A stretch of 32,000 nucleotides of DNA, taken from NCBI GenBank assembly GCA_022646745.1, contig CP060262.1, positions 270,001 to 302,000 on the forward strand, read 5' to 3'. The stretch comes from Planctomycetales bacterium (GTDB lineage Bacteria > 4484-113 > JAFGCY01). Below, in pieces: positions 1-7,380 of the stretch (its first letter is position 1; every line of letters begins with the position of its first letter). A program made the translations under genes and the position numbers. The notes under the pieces were generated by a model. That model had not been told where the DNA came from and searched no databases. It saw nothing but the letters and a program-made list of their open reading frames with translations.

Positions 1-1
1 C

Positions 2-742
2 GTCGGCAAGAGCACGGTCAGCGTCAACCTGGCGCTGGCGCTGGCGGACATCGGTTATAGGGTGGGCCTGCTGGACGTGGATGTGTACGGCCCATCCATC
101 CCGCTGATGCTGGGCGTGGACGGCCATCCACTGATCAACGCCAAGCAGAAGCTCGTCCCCAATGAGAAGCACAACCTGAAGATCATGAGCATGGGCTTCC
201 TTCTGAAGCCCAACCAGGCCGTCGTGTGGCGCGGTCCGATGGTGCATGGCGTCGTCAAGCAGTTCCTGCAGGACGTGGACTGGGGCGAACTGGACTTCCT
301 GATCGTGGACCTGCCGCCGGGCACCGGTGACGCCCCGCTGTCGCTGACGCAGTCCCTGCCGCTGACCGCCACGGTGCTGGTCACCACGCCACAGGAGGTC
401 GCCGCCAGCGTGGCTGCCAAGGCGATGACGATGTTCGAGCGGATGGGCATCCGCACCCTGGGCGTAATCGAGAACATGAGCTACTTCATCTGCCCGAGCT
501 GCGAGACCGCGACTGACATCTTCGACCGTGGCGGTGGCAAGCTCCTGGCCAGTGATGCCGGCGTACCCTTCCTCGGGGAGATTCCGCTGGATGTGCGCAT
601 GCGCAAGGGCAGCGATGTGGGCGAGCCGCTGATGGCGCAGTTCCCGGAAAGTGAGCTGGCTGAGCGCTTCAGGGAGATTGCGCTCCGGCTGGCGGGTGTA
701 TTGGGCGCACAGGTCGGGACCACGGAAGCCGGCGAGGGCTAA
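2..742 (+). CDS. apbC: Mrp/ApbC/NBP35-family Fe-S cluster carrier ATPase (5' end cut by window edge)
   Basis: Frame 2 is open from nt 2 (VGKSTVSVNLALALAD = tail of the GKGGVGKS P-loop). Also has the DLPPGTGD motif, a C-terminal CPSC cluster-ligand motif and a TAA stop at 740-742. Confidence 0.85.
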   Translation, partial: VGKSTVSVNLALALADIGYRVGLLDVDVYGPSIPLMLGVDGHPLINAKQKLVPNEKHNLKIMSMGFLLKPNQAVVWRGPMVHGVVKQFLQDVDWGELDFLIVDLPPGTGDAPLSLTQSLPLTATVLVTTPQEVAASVAAKAMTMFERMGIRTLGVIENMSYFICPSCETATDIFDRGGGKLLASDAGVPFLGEIPLDVRMRKGSDVGEPLMAQFPESELAERFREIALRLAGVLGAQVGTTEAGEG

Positions 743-746
743 TGCG

Positions 747-1079
747 CTACTTCTTCAGCTGCAGTACCTGCTCGAGCCGGTCCGTCAGCTTCTCCTTGGT
801 GAGTGCGCCAATGAAGCGGTCCACCACGCGGCCATTGCGGAAGTAAAGGTAGGTCGGGATCGACAGCACGCCGTAGTGGTTCAGCGAATTGCGCGAACTG
901 TCCGCATCCACGAGTGCGAACTCCACCACGCTGTCATACTGCCGTGCCAGCTCCTCCAGCACGGGGTACATCGCACGTGAGGGCTTGGACCAGGCGGCGG
1001 TGAAGGCCACCAGCGCAGGCGTGCGAGACTTCTGCAGGAAGTCTGGCAGGCTGCGATCGTTGAGTTCAGTCAGCTTCAT
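747..1079 (-). CDS. Thioredoxin-fold protein lacking the CxxC active site (WSKPS instead of WCGPC), cysteine-free
   Basis: Aligns by eye to TrxA along its whole length (ALVAFTAAWSKPSRAMYPVLEEL vs [23 protein letters not shown]; cis-Pro region SIPTYLYFRNG). The ATG at 1079 gives a canonical Trx N-terminus. The ORF could extend to 1139. Confidence 0.75.
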   Translation of the reverse strand: MKLTELNDRSLPDFLQKSRTPALVAFTAAWSKPSRAMYPVLEELARQYDSVVEFALVDADSSRNSLNHYGVLSIPTYLYFRNGRVVDRFIGALTKEKLTDRLEQVLQLKK

Positions 1080-1327
1080 GGGAAGGAAGAACGTGCCCCC
1101 GGAATACCGTTGTACCACTCGCGAAGAGAACCTTCGCATAGGTGGGAAGCTCGCTGAGCGCTGGGGTTACAGCCTCTGGACTCTGCCTCCCGAAAGAGAC
1201 TTACGGTTCGACGCAATATGGCCTTGTCGCATACCCCCGGGGCACGTACAAGCATTTTACCCGAGGATGCGGCTTACTGTTCCGGGATGCCGGTCAAGGC
1301 TGGGTCAGCCGGTCCAGGACCAATCAT

Positions 1328-2998
1328 TCAGTCCAGCGTCGGGTTCGAAATGCCGAATGCGCTGGAGGAGCTGGATTCAGCTGGACCGAGCAGCCTGTCC
1401 TCCATCTCGTCCAGGGTTGCGAGAGCGCCAGCCTGCCGCTTCGTCCTGGCGACCACCTGCCTGTAGCAAGCGAAGGAACCGCCGGCAATCAGTGCCGCAC
1501 TCAGGAATGGATGCAATACACCAGGCCCGACATCAATGTAGGGCAGCATGCAAACAAATCCCAGGAGCAGCAGCGCGGCAAGCACGGCGATCGGAATTTG
1601 AATCCTGACTGAACTGCCCTCCCCCTTCAGGAACCAGTCCAGGTTCCACATCATCAGCCAGGCATTGCGGCCCAGTTCGTGTTCCAGCCCGGGCGGTGCA
1701 AATGGAACATACAACAGCCCGCGCAGCCATACCGGTGAAGCCTCCTGCAGCTCACTGACTGGCAATGTGCCGGACAGCCACTGTTCAACCAGTCCACGCT
1801 GCCGGATCCGTTGCCTGTATTTTTCCGTGTAGGATTCCAGCTTCCCATGCACATCCGATGCCCAGATGATGCCAGCCAGTAATGCGGTGACGCCAATCAT
1901 GATCACGGCAATATTGGCAGCAATCGAAAGTGAGTAATTCATGCCAAGCAGCGGTACGCCAACGCAGAGAGCAATTCCGATCACCATACGCGCCATTCCT
2001 GCCGAATTCGGGTCACTTTCAAGGCCGTTGACATGCCGGCGGATTTCAGCGCAGAGCGCTTCCATGTTCAGGTGCAGCCTCGAGCCGATGATCTCCGCGG
2101 GGGCGGCCTCCCGCACATACTCCGGCTGGTCCAGGCTGCCATGCAGCTCGTAGTAATCCATCGCGTTGTCAAGGTAATCCTCGAAGTAAAGCAGGCCGAC
2201 ACGCCAGTTATTGCGCTTGCCAATCCAGATCGCTGTGGCAATGACCGCGCCAATGATTGCCAACAGCACCACATGCGCGAAACCTATCTGGAAGGCAAAG
2301 TAGAAGCCTGGCACCAGCAGAATCAAAACGGATGTCCATCCAGTTTCCGCAATCACGGGTCCGTGTAAGCCACGCGCAGGTACCGACCGGCATGAGCCAA
2401 ACAGGCTTTTCAGCTGCTCCCGCACATTGCCGGTCTTGCTGTTGACCTGCAGGCCGGTCTTCCTGCTGAGGGCATCGCTCAGCCTGCCGTTTCCCAACGC
2501 ATCTGCCAGGAATTCCTCGGCCAGCCCGCTGCCATCCAGGTTGCGAATGCGGTACAGGTGGAATTCCTCCTGCTTCTTCTGCCGTTGTTCCTCAAGCTGC
2601 CTGCCGGTATGGAAGCTGCGGTCCAGGAACACGGAGATGAAAGTCCAGGGCAACAAGGTCGCGCCCCAGATGGCAACGGCAAGGGACATAATGGTCGGTT
2701 CAAAGTTCCCGCTCGGGATGCCAAGCAATTCCAGGCTGCCCGGTGAAAATGCGGGGATTGTCAGCAATGCAAGCATCGCAATCAGCAGGACAAGCTGCCA
2801 GGCGACACGTGAGCCATTGCGTTCGCTGTCTTCACGCAGTTCAGCGAGTGCGGTCCGGATCTCCTTGATCCTTGCCGTCATGGAGGGTTTGCAGCCACTT
2901 GCACTGCCGGCGGTGTTCACAGCAATGCCGTCAGTCAGCGCATCCCTGCCCAGCCTGGCCTGACTGTCCGATCCCCCGGCTTGTCCCTGCATCTCCAT
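1328..2998 (-). CDS. Multi-pass membrane protein of unknown function (556 aa)
   Basis: Long ORF with high GC3 and several hydrophobic segments separated by charged loops. No motif I recognise. TGA stop. Start codon uncertain. Confidence 0.6.
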   Translation of the reverse strand: MEMQGQAGGSDSQARLGRDALTDGIAVNTAGSASGCKPSMTARIKEIRTALAELREDSERNGSRVAWQLVLLIAMLALLTIPAFSPGSLELLGIPSGNFEPTIMSLAVAIWGATLLPWTFISVFLDRSFHTGRQLEEQRQKKQEEFHLYRIRNLDGSGLAEEFLADALGNGRLSDALSRKTGLQVNSKTGNVREQLKSLFGSCRSVPARGLHGPVIAETGWTSVLILLVPGFYFAFQIGFAHVVLLAIIGAVIATAIWIGKRNNWRVGLLYFEDYLDNAMDYYELHGSLDQPEYVREAAPAEIIGSRLHLNMEALCAEIRRHVNGLESDPNSAGMARMVIGIALCVGVPLLGMNYSLSIAANIAVIMIGVTALLAGIIWASDVHGKLESYTEKYRQRIRQRGLVEQWLSGTLPVSELQEASPVWLRGLLYVPFAPPGLEHELGRNAWLMMWNLDWFLKGEGSSVRIQIPIAVLAALLLLGFVCMLPYIDVGPGVLHPFLSAALIAGGSFACYRQVVARTKRQAGALATLDEMEDRLLGPAESSSSSAFGISNPTLD

Positions 2999-3096
2999 AA
3001 GTACTGCTGTCTAACTCCCGCTTCCATTGTATGCCAGCGCATCCGTCCACCAGCGAGCGCCCGCTACAATTTCCGCAGCACGAGCAGGAGGAAGTC

Positions 3097-3639
3097 ATGG
3101 CGCGCATCAAGGGACCGGACATCGACAAGCTGGACACTCGCCTGAAGAAGATATTCGAGGCGCAGGCCGGGCAGTACGGCCAGCCGCTTACAGGCCAGTT
3201 CATCGCCGCCCACAGCCCGGAGATCTTCAACGGGATGCGTGGCATGTTCGGTGCACTGCACAAGAGCGGCCTCTTGGAGCCCGCGCTGCGCAACCTGCTG
3301 AACCGGCATGTGGCGCTGATCAACCACTGCCCATATTGAGCCGACCTGAATGCTGCAGGTGGCAGCAAGAACGGCCTCAGCTACGAACAGCTAACGCAAC
3401 TTGACAACTGGCGTGGCAACGCGATTTACACCTTCCGCCAGCAACTCGCGCTGGAGTATGCCGAAGCCATGACCTATACCGACCAGGATGTCAGCGACGA
3501 ACTTTTCTCACGGATCTGCGGGGAGTTCAGTGTGCCGGAAATCGTGGAACTGACAATGACCATCGCCTGGGAAAACGCCAGCGCGAAATTCAACCATGCT
3601 TTCTTAATCGAATCGCTGGAGACGTGGAAGCCTGAATAG
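3097..3639 (+). CDS. AhpD-like / carboxymuconolactone decarboxylase family protein, probable selenoprotein (Sec encoded by TGA 3337-3339, motif CPYU)
   Basis: AGGAGG at 3086-3091 lies 5 nt before ATG 3097. There are 80 codons up to an in-frame TGA that occupies the second Cys position of the family CxxC motif. The same frame stays open for 99 more codons to TAG 3637-3639, and a hairpin follows the TGA. Confidence 0.7.
3340..3367 (+). promoter_or_regulatory. SECIS-like hairpin immediately 3' of the in-frame TGA
   Basis: A 6-bp stem (3351-3356 / 3362-3367) closes an AGGUG loop (3357-3361). An alternative stem (3340-3348 / 3356-3363, with one bulge) is also possible. The loop lies about 20 nt from the UGA. 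Confidence 0.5.
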
Positions 3640-3681
3640 AGTGTAGGAGCTGGTGAGTAGGGCGTAGCGGAGGTCAGGCTC

Positions 3682-3712
3682 GGAGGCGCGCAACTTGCTT
3701 GCGCGCAATCTT
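3682..3712. repeat. REP hairpin element, copy 1 (GGAGGCGCGCAACTTGCTTGCGCGCAATCTT)
   Basis: 8-bp stem GCGCGCAA/TTGCGCGC (3686-3693 / 3699-3706) with a 5-nt loop. It is an inverted copy of 4375-4405. Confidence 0.85.
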
Positions 3713-4335
3713 CATTCCGCATCATACCAATCTTCAGGCAACTTCAATCTGGCAGCTGTCGCTATTGGGTCAAAAGTGTGACAACTGCTGAACTGCCAAT
3801 CCCGCGGACAGCACACCAATCCGGCCTTCACTGGGTTCCTGTGTATGTAGGTAACCGTTTTAAGCAGATGCTCCGGACTCCGTATCATTCTGTCAAAGTA
3901 TCCACGCTGCCAGATTGCTTCGCTTGTCTGTCGGAGTCTGCGGATATTGTGGGTTGATCCGGCCTTTATCAGCTTGACAATGCTTCCCAGTCGATTGTCC
4001 TTCTTCTGCGTCAGGAGTAAATGGACATGGTTGGGCATGATTACCCAGGCGAGTGTTTCGTGGGAGTATCCGTCGTTAAGCAAAATTGATCGAAGAACAA
4101 TATTGGCAATGGAAGGACTTCCAAGAATGCAGGTCCCTTTTCCCTGGTCCAGGATCCGGTCGTTCAGGATGGATTCCTCTCTGCTTCGCATTCCAATACC
4201 CAGAGAATTCCTTTTCATTTGAAATCTAGGTGCGGCATCAGCAAGAACGAACGTAACGAATTGGATCGCATCCGCTGTATCAAGGTGCGGTAGATTGCCA
4301 TGCTTGTAGAATCCCAGATTCCCTCTCTGGATCAT
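3712..4335 (-). CDS. rayT: REP-associated tyrosine transposase (RAYT; IS200/IS605-like Y1 HUH transposase)
   Basis: N-terminal GNLPHLD...VTFVLAD, HUH motif PNHVHLL and catalytic Tyr region TYIHRNPVKAGL. Flanked by inverted REPs. GC content is clearly lower than in neighbouring genes. Confidence 0.85.
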   Translation of the reverse strand: MIQRGNLGFYKHGNLPHLDTADAIQFVTFVLADAAPRFQMKRNSLGIGMRSREESILNDRILDQGKGTCILGSPSIANIVLRSILLNDGYSHETLAWVIMPNHVHLLLTQKKDNRLGSIVKLIKAGSTHNIRRLRQTSEAIWQRGYFDRMIRSPEHLLKTVTYIHRNPVKAGLVCCPRDWQFSSCHTFDPIATAARLKLPEDWYDAE

Positions 4336-4374
4336 GGCAAAATAATACCTGTTAAGTCATTTCATGTCAATCCA

Positions 4375-4405
4375 AAGATTGCGCGCAAACAAGTTGCGCG
4401 CCTCC
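4375..4405. repeat. REP hairpin element, copy 2 (inverted relative to copy 1)
   Basis: AAGATTGCGCGCAAACAAGTTGCGCGCCTCC. Its reverse complement equals copy 1 except for 1 nt in the loop. Confidence 0.85.
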
Positions 4406-4430
4406 GATACTACAAACCAGATCCCATGTC

Positions 4431-5303
4431 CTAAAGCCCCAGCAACTCACCCGCCGCGCGCAGGTCCTGCACTGCTATCAGGTTGCCCTCCAGTTCCGCC
4501 AGCCGGATGGCGTCGTCAACCGTGGCAACCCCGGTCAGCACGAGGATGCCCGGCAGGCCATGCTGGCTGGCCATTGCCATGTCCGTCTCCAGCCGGTCGC
4601 CGATGATCAGCATCCGCTCGCGCTGCACCCCGGTCGCCGCCTCGATCTCATCCAGCAGGTGCACGCTCGGCTTGCCGAGGATCTCCGGCTGCACTCCGGT
4701 AAGGCGCGCCAGCATGTCGGCGATCCCGCCACTGTCCGGCAGCCAGGTGCCGGCCTCCGTCGGGAAGCCGTAGTCCGCATTGCAGCAGTAGAACTTCGCA
4801 CCGGCCGACAGCGCTGCGCTGGCAACGCCGATCTTGCGATAGCTGCCCAGCCTGTCAATCCCGACCAGCAGTGCGTCAAACGGGTCGGCCTTCAGCGCAT
4901 CCACGATCTGCACATGGATGTGGTTGTCAGCCAGCCCGAGCGAGTCCAACCAGTTGTCAATGCTGACCGCGCCGGGGATGCGCTCCTCTATGTAGCCCGC
5001 GATCTCCGCCGACATGTGCAGCAGGATGCGCCCGGAGCCATGGTGATGTTCAAGGTAGGCCGCGCTCACCAGTCCAGCGCTGAACAGCTCATGCGGCTTG
5101 AGGTCATAACCCATCCGCTCGCAGCGCGCGAGGTAGTGCTCGTGCAGGTAGACGGAGTTGTTGCTGATCAGTGCGCGCTGGATCCCGCTGCGTGACAGCA
5201 AATGCAGGAACTCGCGTGCCCCGTCAATGCTGTGCTCACCGGTCCACAGCACGCCGTCTGCGTCCAGCAGCACCAGTTCCGGCTTGAATCCGGGCCAGCT
5301 CAT
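4431..5303 (-). CDS. HAD-superfamily hydrolase, subfamily IIA (NagD-like sugar-phosphatase family)
   Basis: Motif I LLDADGVLW, ISNNS, and C-terminal GDRLETDM plus LVLTG. The start at ATG 5303 (MSWPGF) is preceded by GAGGAAG. Confidence 0.75.
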   Translation of the reverse strand: MSWPGFKPELVLLDADGVLWTGEHSIDGAREFLHLLSRSGIQRALISNNSVYLHEHYLARCERMGYDLKPHELFSAGLVSAAYLEHHHGSGRILLHMSAEIAGYIEERIPGAVSIDNWLDSLGLADNHIHVQIVDALKADPFDALLVGIDRLGSYRKIGVASAALSAGAKFYCCNADYGFPTEAGTWLPDSGGIADMLARLTGVQPEILGKPSVHLLDEIEAATGVQRERMLIIGDRLETDMAMASQHGLPGILVLTGVATVDDAIRLAELEGNLIAVQDLRAAGELLGL

Positions 5304-5341
5304 GTTCTCTTCCTCATCGGCACGAAGGATAGGGTACCCGA

Positions 5342-5369
5342 GGGATGGGGGATGTGGGACGGGGTATGC
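5342..5369 (+). repeat. Heptanucleotide array gggatgg/gggatgt/gggacgg/ggtatgc (G-quadruplex-type G-tracts)
   Basis: Four consecutive 7-nt units. The G3-N2-G5-N4-G3-N2-G4 pattern spans 5342-5364. Confidence 0.7.
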
Positions 5370-5437
5370 GCAGATGTGAATACAGGTATGAGGGAAGAAG
5401 GATGCCAATCCCACATCTTACATTCACACTGATCCCC

Positions 5438-5493
5438 GGTCCCTGGTCCCAGGTCCCTGTTTTGCCCATCCCGCATACCGCATACCGCATCCC
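5438..5493. repeat. Eight-unit heptanucleotide array abutting the aspS stop codon
   Basis: Units ggtccct ggtccca ggtccct gttttgc ccatccc gcatacc gcatacc gcatccc, all in one 7-nt phase. The complement carries G-tracts. Confidence 0.8.
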
Positions 5494-7268
5494 TACTTGA
5501 GCGGCTGCAGGCGCAGTTCCCACCACTGCTCCTGTTCGATCGTGGCCGGTGCGCCGGTCAGCGGGCACTGCGCGCTGGCGGTCTTCGGGAAGGCGATCAC
5601 CTCGCGGATGTTGTCAACCTGCAGCAGGCTCATCACCAGGCGGTCGATGCCCTGGCCGTAGCCACGGTGCGGCGGCGCGCCATAGCGGTAGGCCTCGAGG
5701 AACCAGCCGAAGCGGTGCTCGATCTGCTCGTCGCTCAGGCCCATGTTGCGCAGGATACGCATCTGCAGCGCCGGGTCGAACACCCGCAGGCTGCCCGATG
5801 CCATCTCCACGCCGTTCAATACCATGTCATAGTTGTCAGCGCGGATCGACAGCAGCTCGTCAATGTCCGTACTGTCCAGCTTGTGCATGTCGGCTGCCAG
5901 CGGATTGGTGAAGGCGTGGTGCGCAGCCGTCACCCCGCCGGTCTCGTCATTGATCTCATACAGCGGGAAGTCCACCACCCACATCGGTGCCCACTTCGAC
6001 CTGTCAATCAGGCCCTGGGCATCGCCAAGCCGCAGGCGCAGCTCGCCGAGCACCTTGAGGTTCTTGGCCTTCGGCCCGAGCACCATGCACCAGGTGCCGG
6101 CATTCGTGCCCTCTGCTTCAGTGGCAAGCTTGGCAAAAGCCGCGATGTCCGGCGCGAACTTCGCCACGCTGCCCTTCGGCTCATCGCCGCCGGTCTCGAC
6201 CGTCATCAGGCCGTTGGCACCGAGCTTCTTCGCCACGTCCGTCCAGTTGTCAAGTTCCTTGCGGCTCAGGCTCAGGCCCGGGATGAAGATCCCGTGCACC
6301 ACGCCGCCCTCCTCAAGCCCGGCCGTCACGAAAGCCGCCTCCGTGCCCTGCCACAGCGCTGTCACCTCGCGGATCTCGCTGCCGAAGCGTGCATCCGGCT
6401 TGTCGGAGCCCCAGCGCTCGATCGCCTCGTTGTAGGGCACGCGCGGGAAGGGCACCGGCAGCTCCTCGCCGATGCACTCCGCCCAGATGCGCTTCATGTA
6501 GCCTTCGCCCATCGTGAACAGCTCCTCCCGCGTGGTGAAGCTCATCTCAAGGTCGAGCTGCGTATGCTCCGGCTGGCGGTTGCCACGCAGGTCCTCGTCA
6601 CGCAGGCACTTGGCAATCTGGAAGTAGCGGTCCATCCCCGAGCACATCAGCACCTGCTTGAACAGCTGCGGGCTCTGGGGCAGGGCGTAGAACTGGCCGG
6701 GATGCACGCGGCTGGGCACGACGTAGTCACGCGCGCCCTCGGGCGTGGTGTTGGCCAAAAGCGGGGTCTCGATCTCGAGGAAGCCCAGCTCGCTCAGGTA
6801 GTCACGGATGATGCGCACCACCTGGTGGCGGATCGCGATGTTGCGCACCATCGTGCGCCGGCGCAGGTCGATGTAGCGGTGCTTGAGGCGCAGTTCCTCG
6901 GAAGCCTTGACTTCCTCCTCAATCACGAAGGGCGTGGTCTCGGCGCGGCTGAGGATCTCAGCTGACTGCACGATGAACTCACGGTCGCCGCCCGGGCCCT
7001 CGCGCTGCTCCTTCTCGGGACGGGCGCGCGTCACGCCGGTGAAGGCCACTACGAACTCGCCGCGGCACTCAGAGGCCACGGCGTGCGACTCGGGGCTCTC
7101 CTCCGGGTCGAGGGTGCACTGCAGCTCACCCCAGCGGTCACGGAGGGTGATGAAGATCAGCTGCCCAAGGTCACGGCGACGGGCCACCCAGCCCATCAGT
7201 GTGGCTGCGGTGCCGATCGGCGCCGCGATGATTTCTTCGATGTTATGTGTGCGCGTGAGTTCAGCCAT
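5493..7268 (-). CDS. aspS: Aspartate--tRNA ligase (bacterial type)
   Basis: 591 aa. N-terminal OB-fold (GWVARRRDLGQLIFITLRDRWG), class II motifs (FRDEDLR-like CLRDEDLRGNRQPEHTQLD, GGVTAAHHAFT, GLDRLVM-like GIDRLVMSL) and the bacterial insertion domain. Confidence 0.95.
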   Translation of the reverse strand: MAELTRTHNIEEIIAAPIGTAATLMGWVARRRDLGQLIFITLRDRWGELQCTLDPEESPESHAVASECRGEFVVAFTGVTRARPEKEQREGPGGDREFIVQSAEILSRAETTPFVIEEEVKASEELRLKHRYIDLRRRTMVRNIAIRHQVVRIIRDYLSELGFLEIETPLLANTTPEGARDYVVPSRVHPGQFYALPQSPQLFKQVLMCSGMDRYFQIAKCLRDEDLRGNRQPEHTQLDLEMSFTTREELFTMGEGYMKRIWAECIGEELPVPFPRVPYNEAIERWGSDKPDARFGSEIREVTALWQGTEAAFVTAGLEEGGVVHGIFIPGLSLSRKELDNWTDVAKKLGANGLMTVETGGDEPKGSVAKFAPDIAAFAKLATEAEGTNAGTWCMVLGPKAKNLKVLGELRLRLGDAQGLIDRSKWAPMWVVDFPLYEINDETGGVTAAHHAFTNPLAADMHKLDSTDIDELLSIRADNYDMVLNGVEMASGSLRVFDPALQMRILRNMGLSDEQIEHRFGWFLEAYRYGAPPHRGYGQGIDRLVMSLLQVDNIREVIAFPKTASAQCPLTGAPATIEQEQWWELRLQPLK

Positions 7269-7290
7269 AGCGCAGGAATTGTATCGTGCC

Positions 7291-7309
7291 GCGAGGCCTG
7301 TGGCCTCGC
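7291..7309. other. Perfect 8-bp hairpin GCGAGGCC-TGT-GGCCTCGC between CDS 7323-8108 and aspS
   Basis: Seen directly in the sequence. No U-tract follows, so a terminator function is uncertain. Confidence 0.4.
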
Positions 7310-7311
7310 TT

Positions 7312-7380
7312 GAGGTTGGAGGTTAGAGGTTGGAGTTTGGAAAGAATGGAGATATCGCTAACTCCCCACTCCAAACTCCA
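7312..7380. repeat. Inverted pair of heptamer arrays (gaggttg x4 at 7312-7339; aactccc/cactcca/aactcca at 7360-7380)
   Basis: 7-nt phasing is visible. TGGAGTTTGG (7331-7340) is the exact reverse complement of 7371-7380. The arrays overlap the last ~19 codons and the stop of CDS 7323-8108. Confidence 0.75.

Larger units (their letters stand above)
3682..4405 (-). mobile_element. REPtron: RAYT gene bracketed by inverted REP elements
   Basis: Inverted 31-nt REPs at both ends of a single low-GC RAYT ORF. A further REP copy lies at 12335-12362. Confidence 0.75.

Noticed and set aside
1203-1215. GGTTCGA T-loop-like strings (here and at about 1340-1350) considered as tRNA genes
   Set aside because: The flanking sequence cannot form a T-stem or the rest of a cloverleaf. 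The second site lies inside a CDS.
3337-3339. In-frame TGA interpreted as a nonsense mutation (pseudogene) or as evidence of a TGA-reassigned genetic code
   Set aside because: A reassigned code is rejected because TGA terminates many other well-supported genes here (e.g. at 1328, 3712, 9869, 9872, 13679, 14458, 21087, 22624, 28793). A pseudogene is less likely than Sec for three reasons: the TGA falls exactly on the CxxC second-Cys column, the downstream 99 codons stay open, and a SECIS-like hairpin follows. It cannot be fully excluded without the rest of the genome.
5667-6965. 432-aa plus-strand ORF inside aspS. Similar antisense ORFs occur at 8192-9064, 10356-11288, 13703-14605 and 15508-16539.
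   Set aside because: Each is antisense to a gene with unmistakable family motifs (AspRS, BI-1, FliR, MBL, ABC-F). The products have shadow-ORF composition and no motifs.
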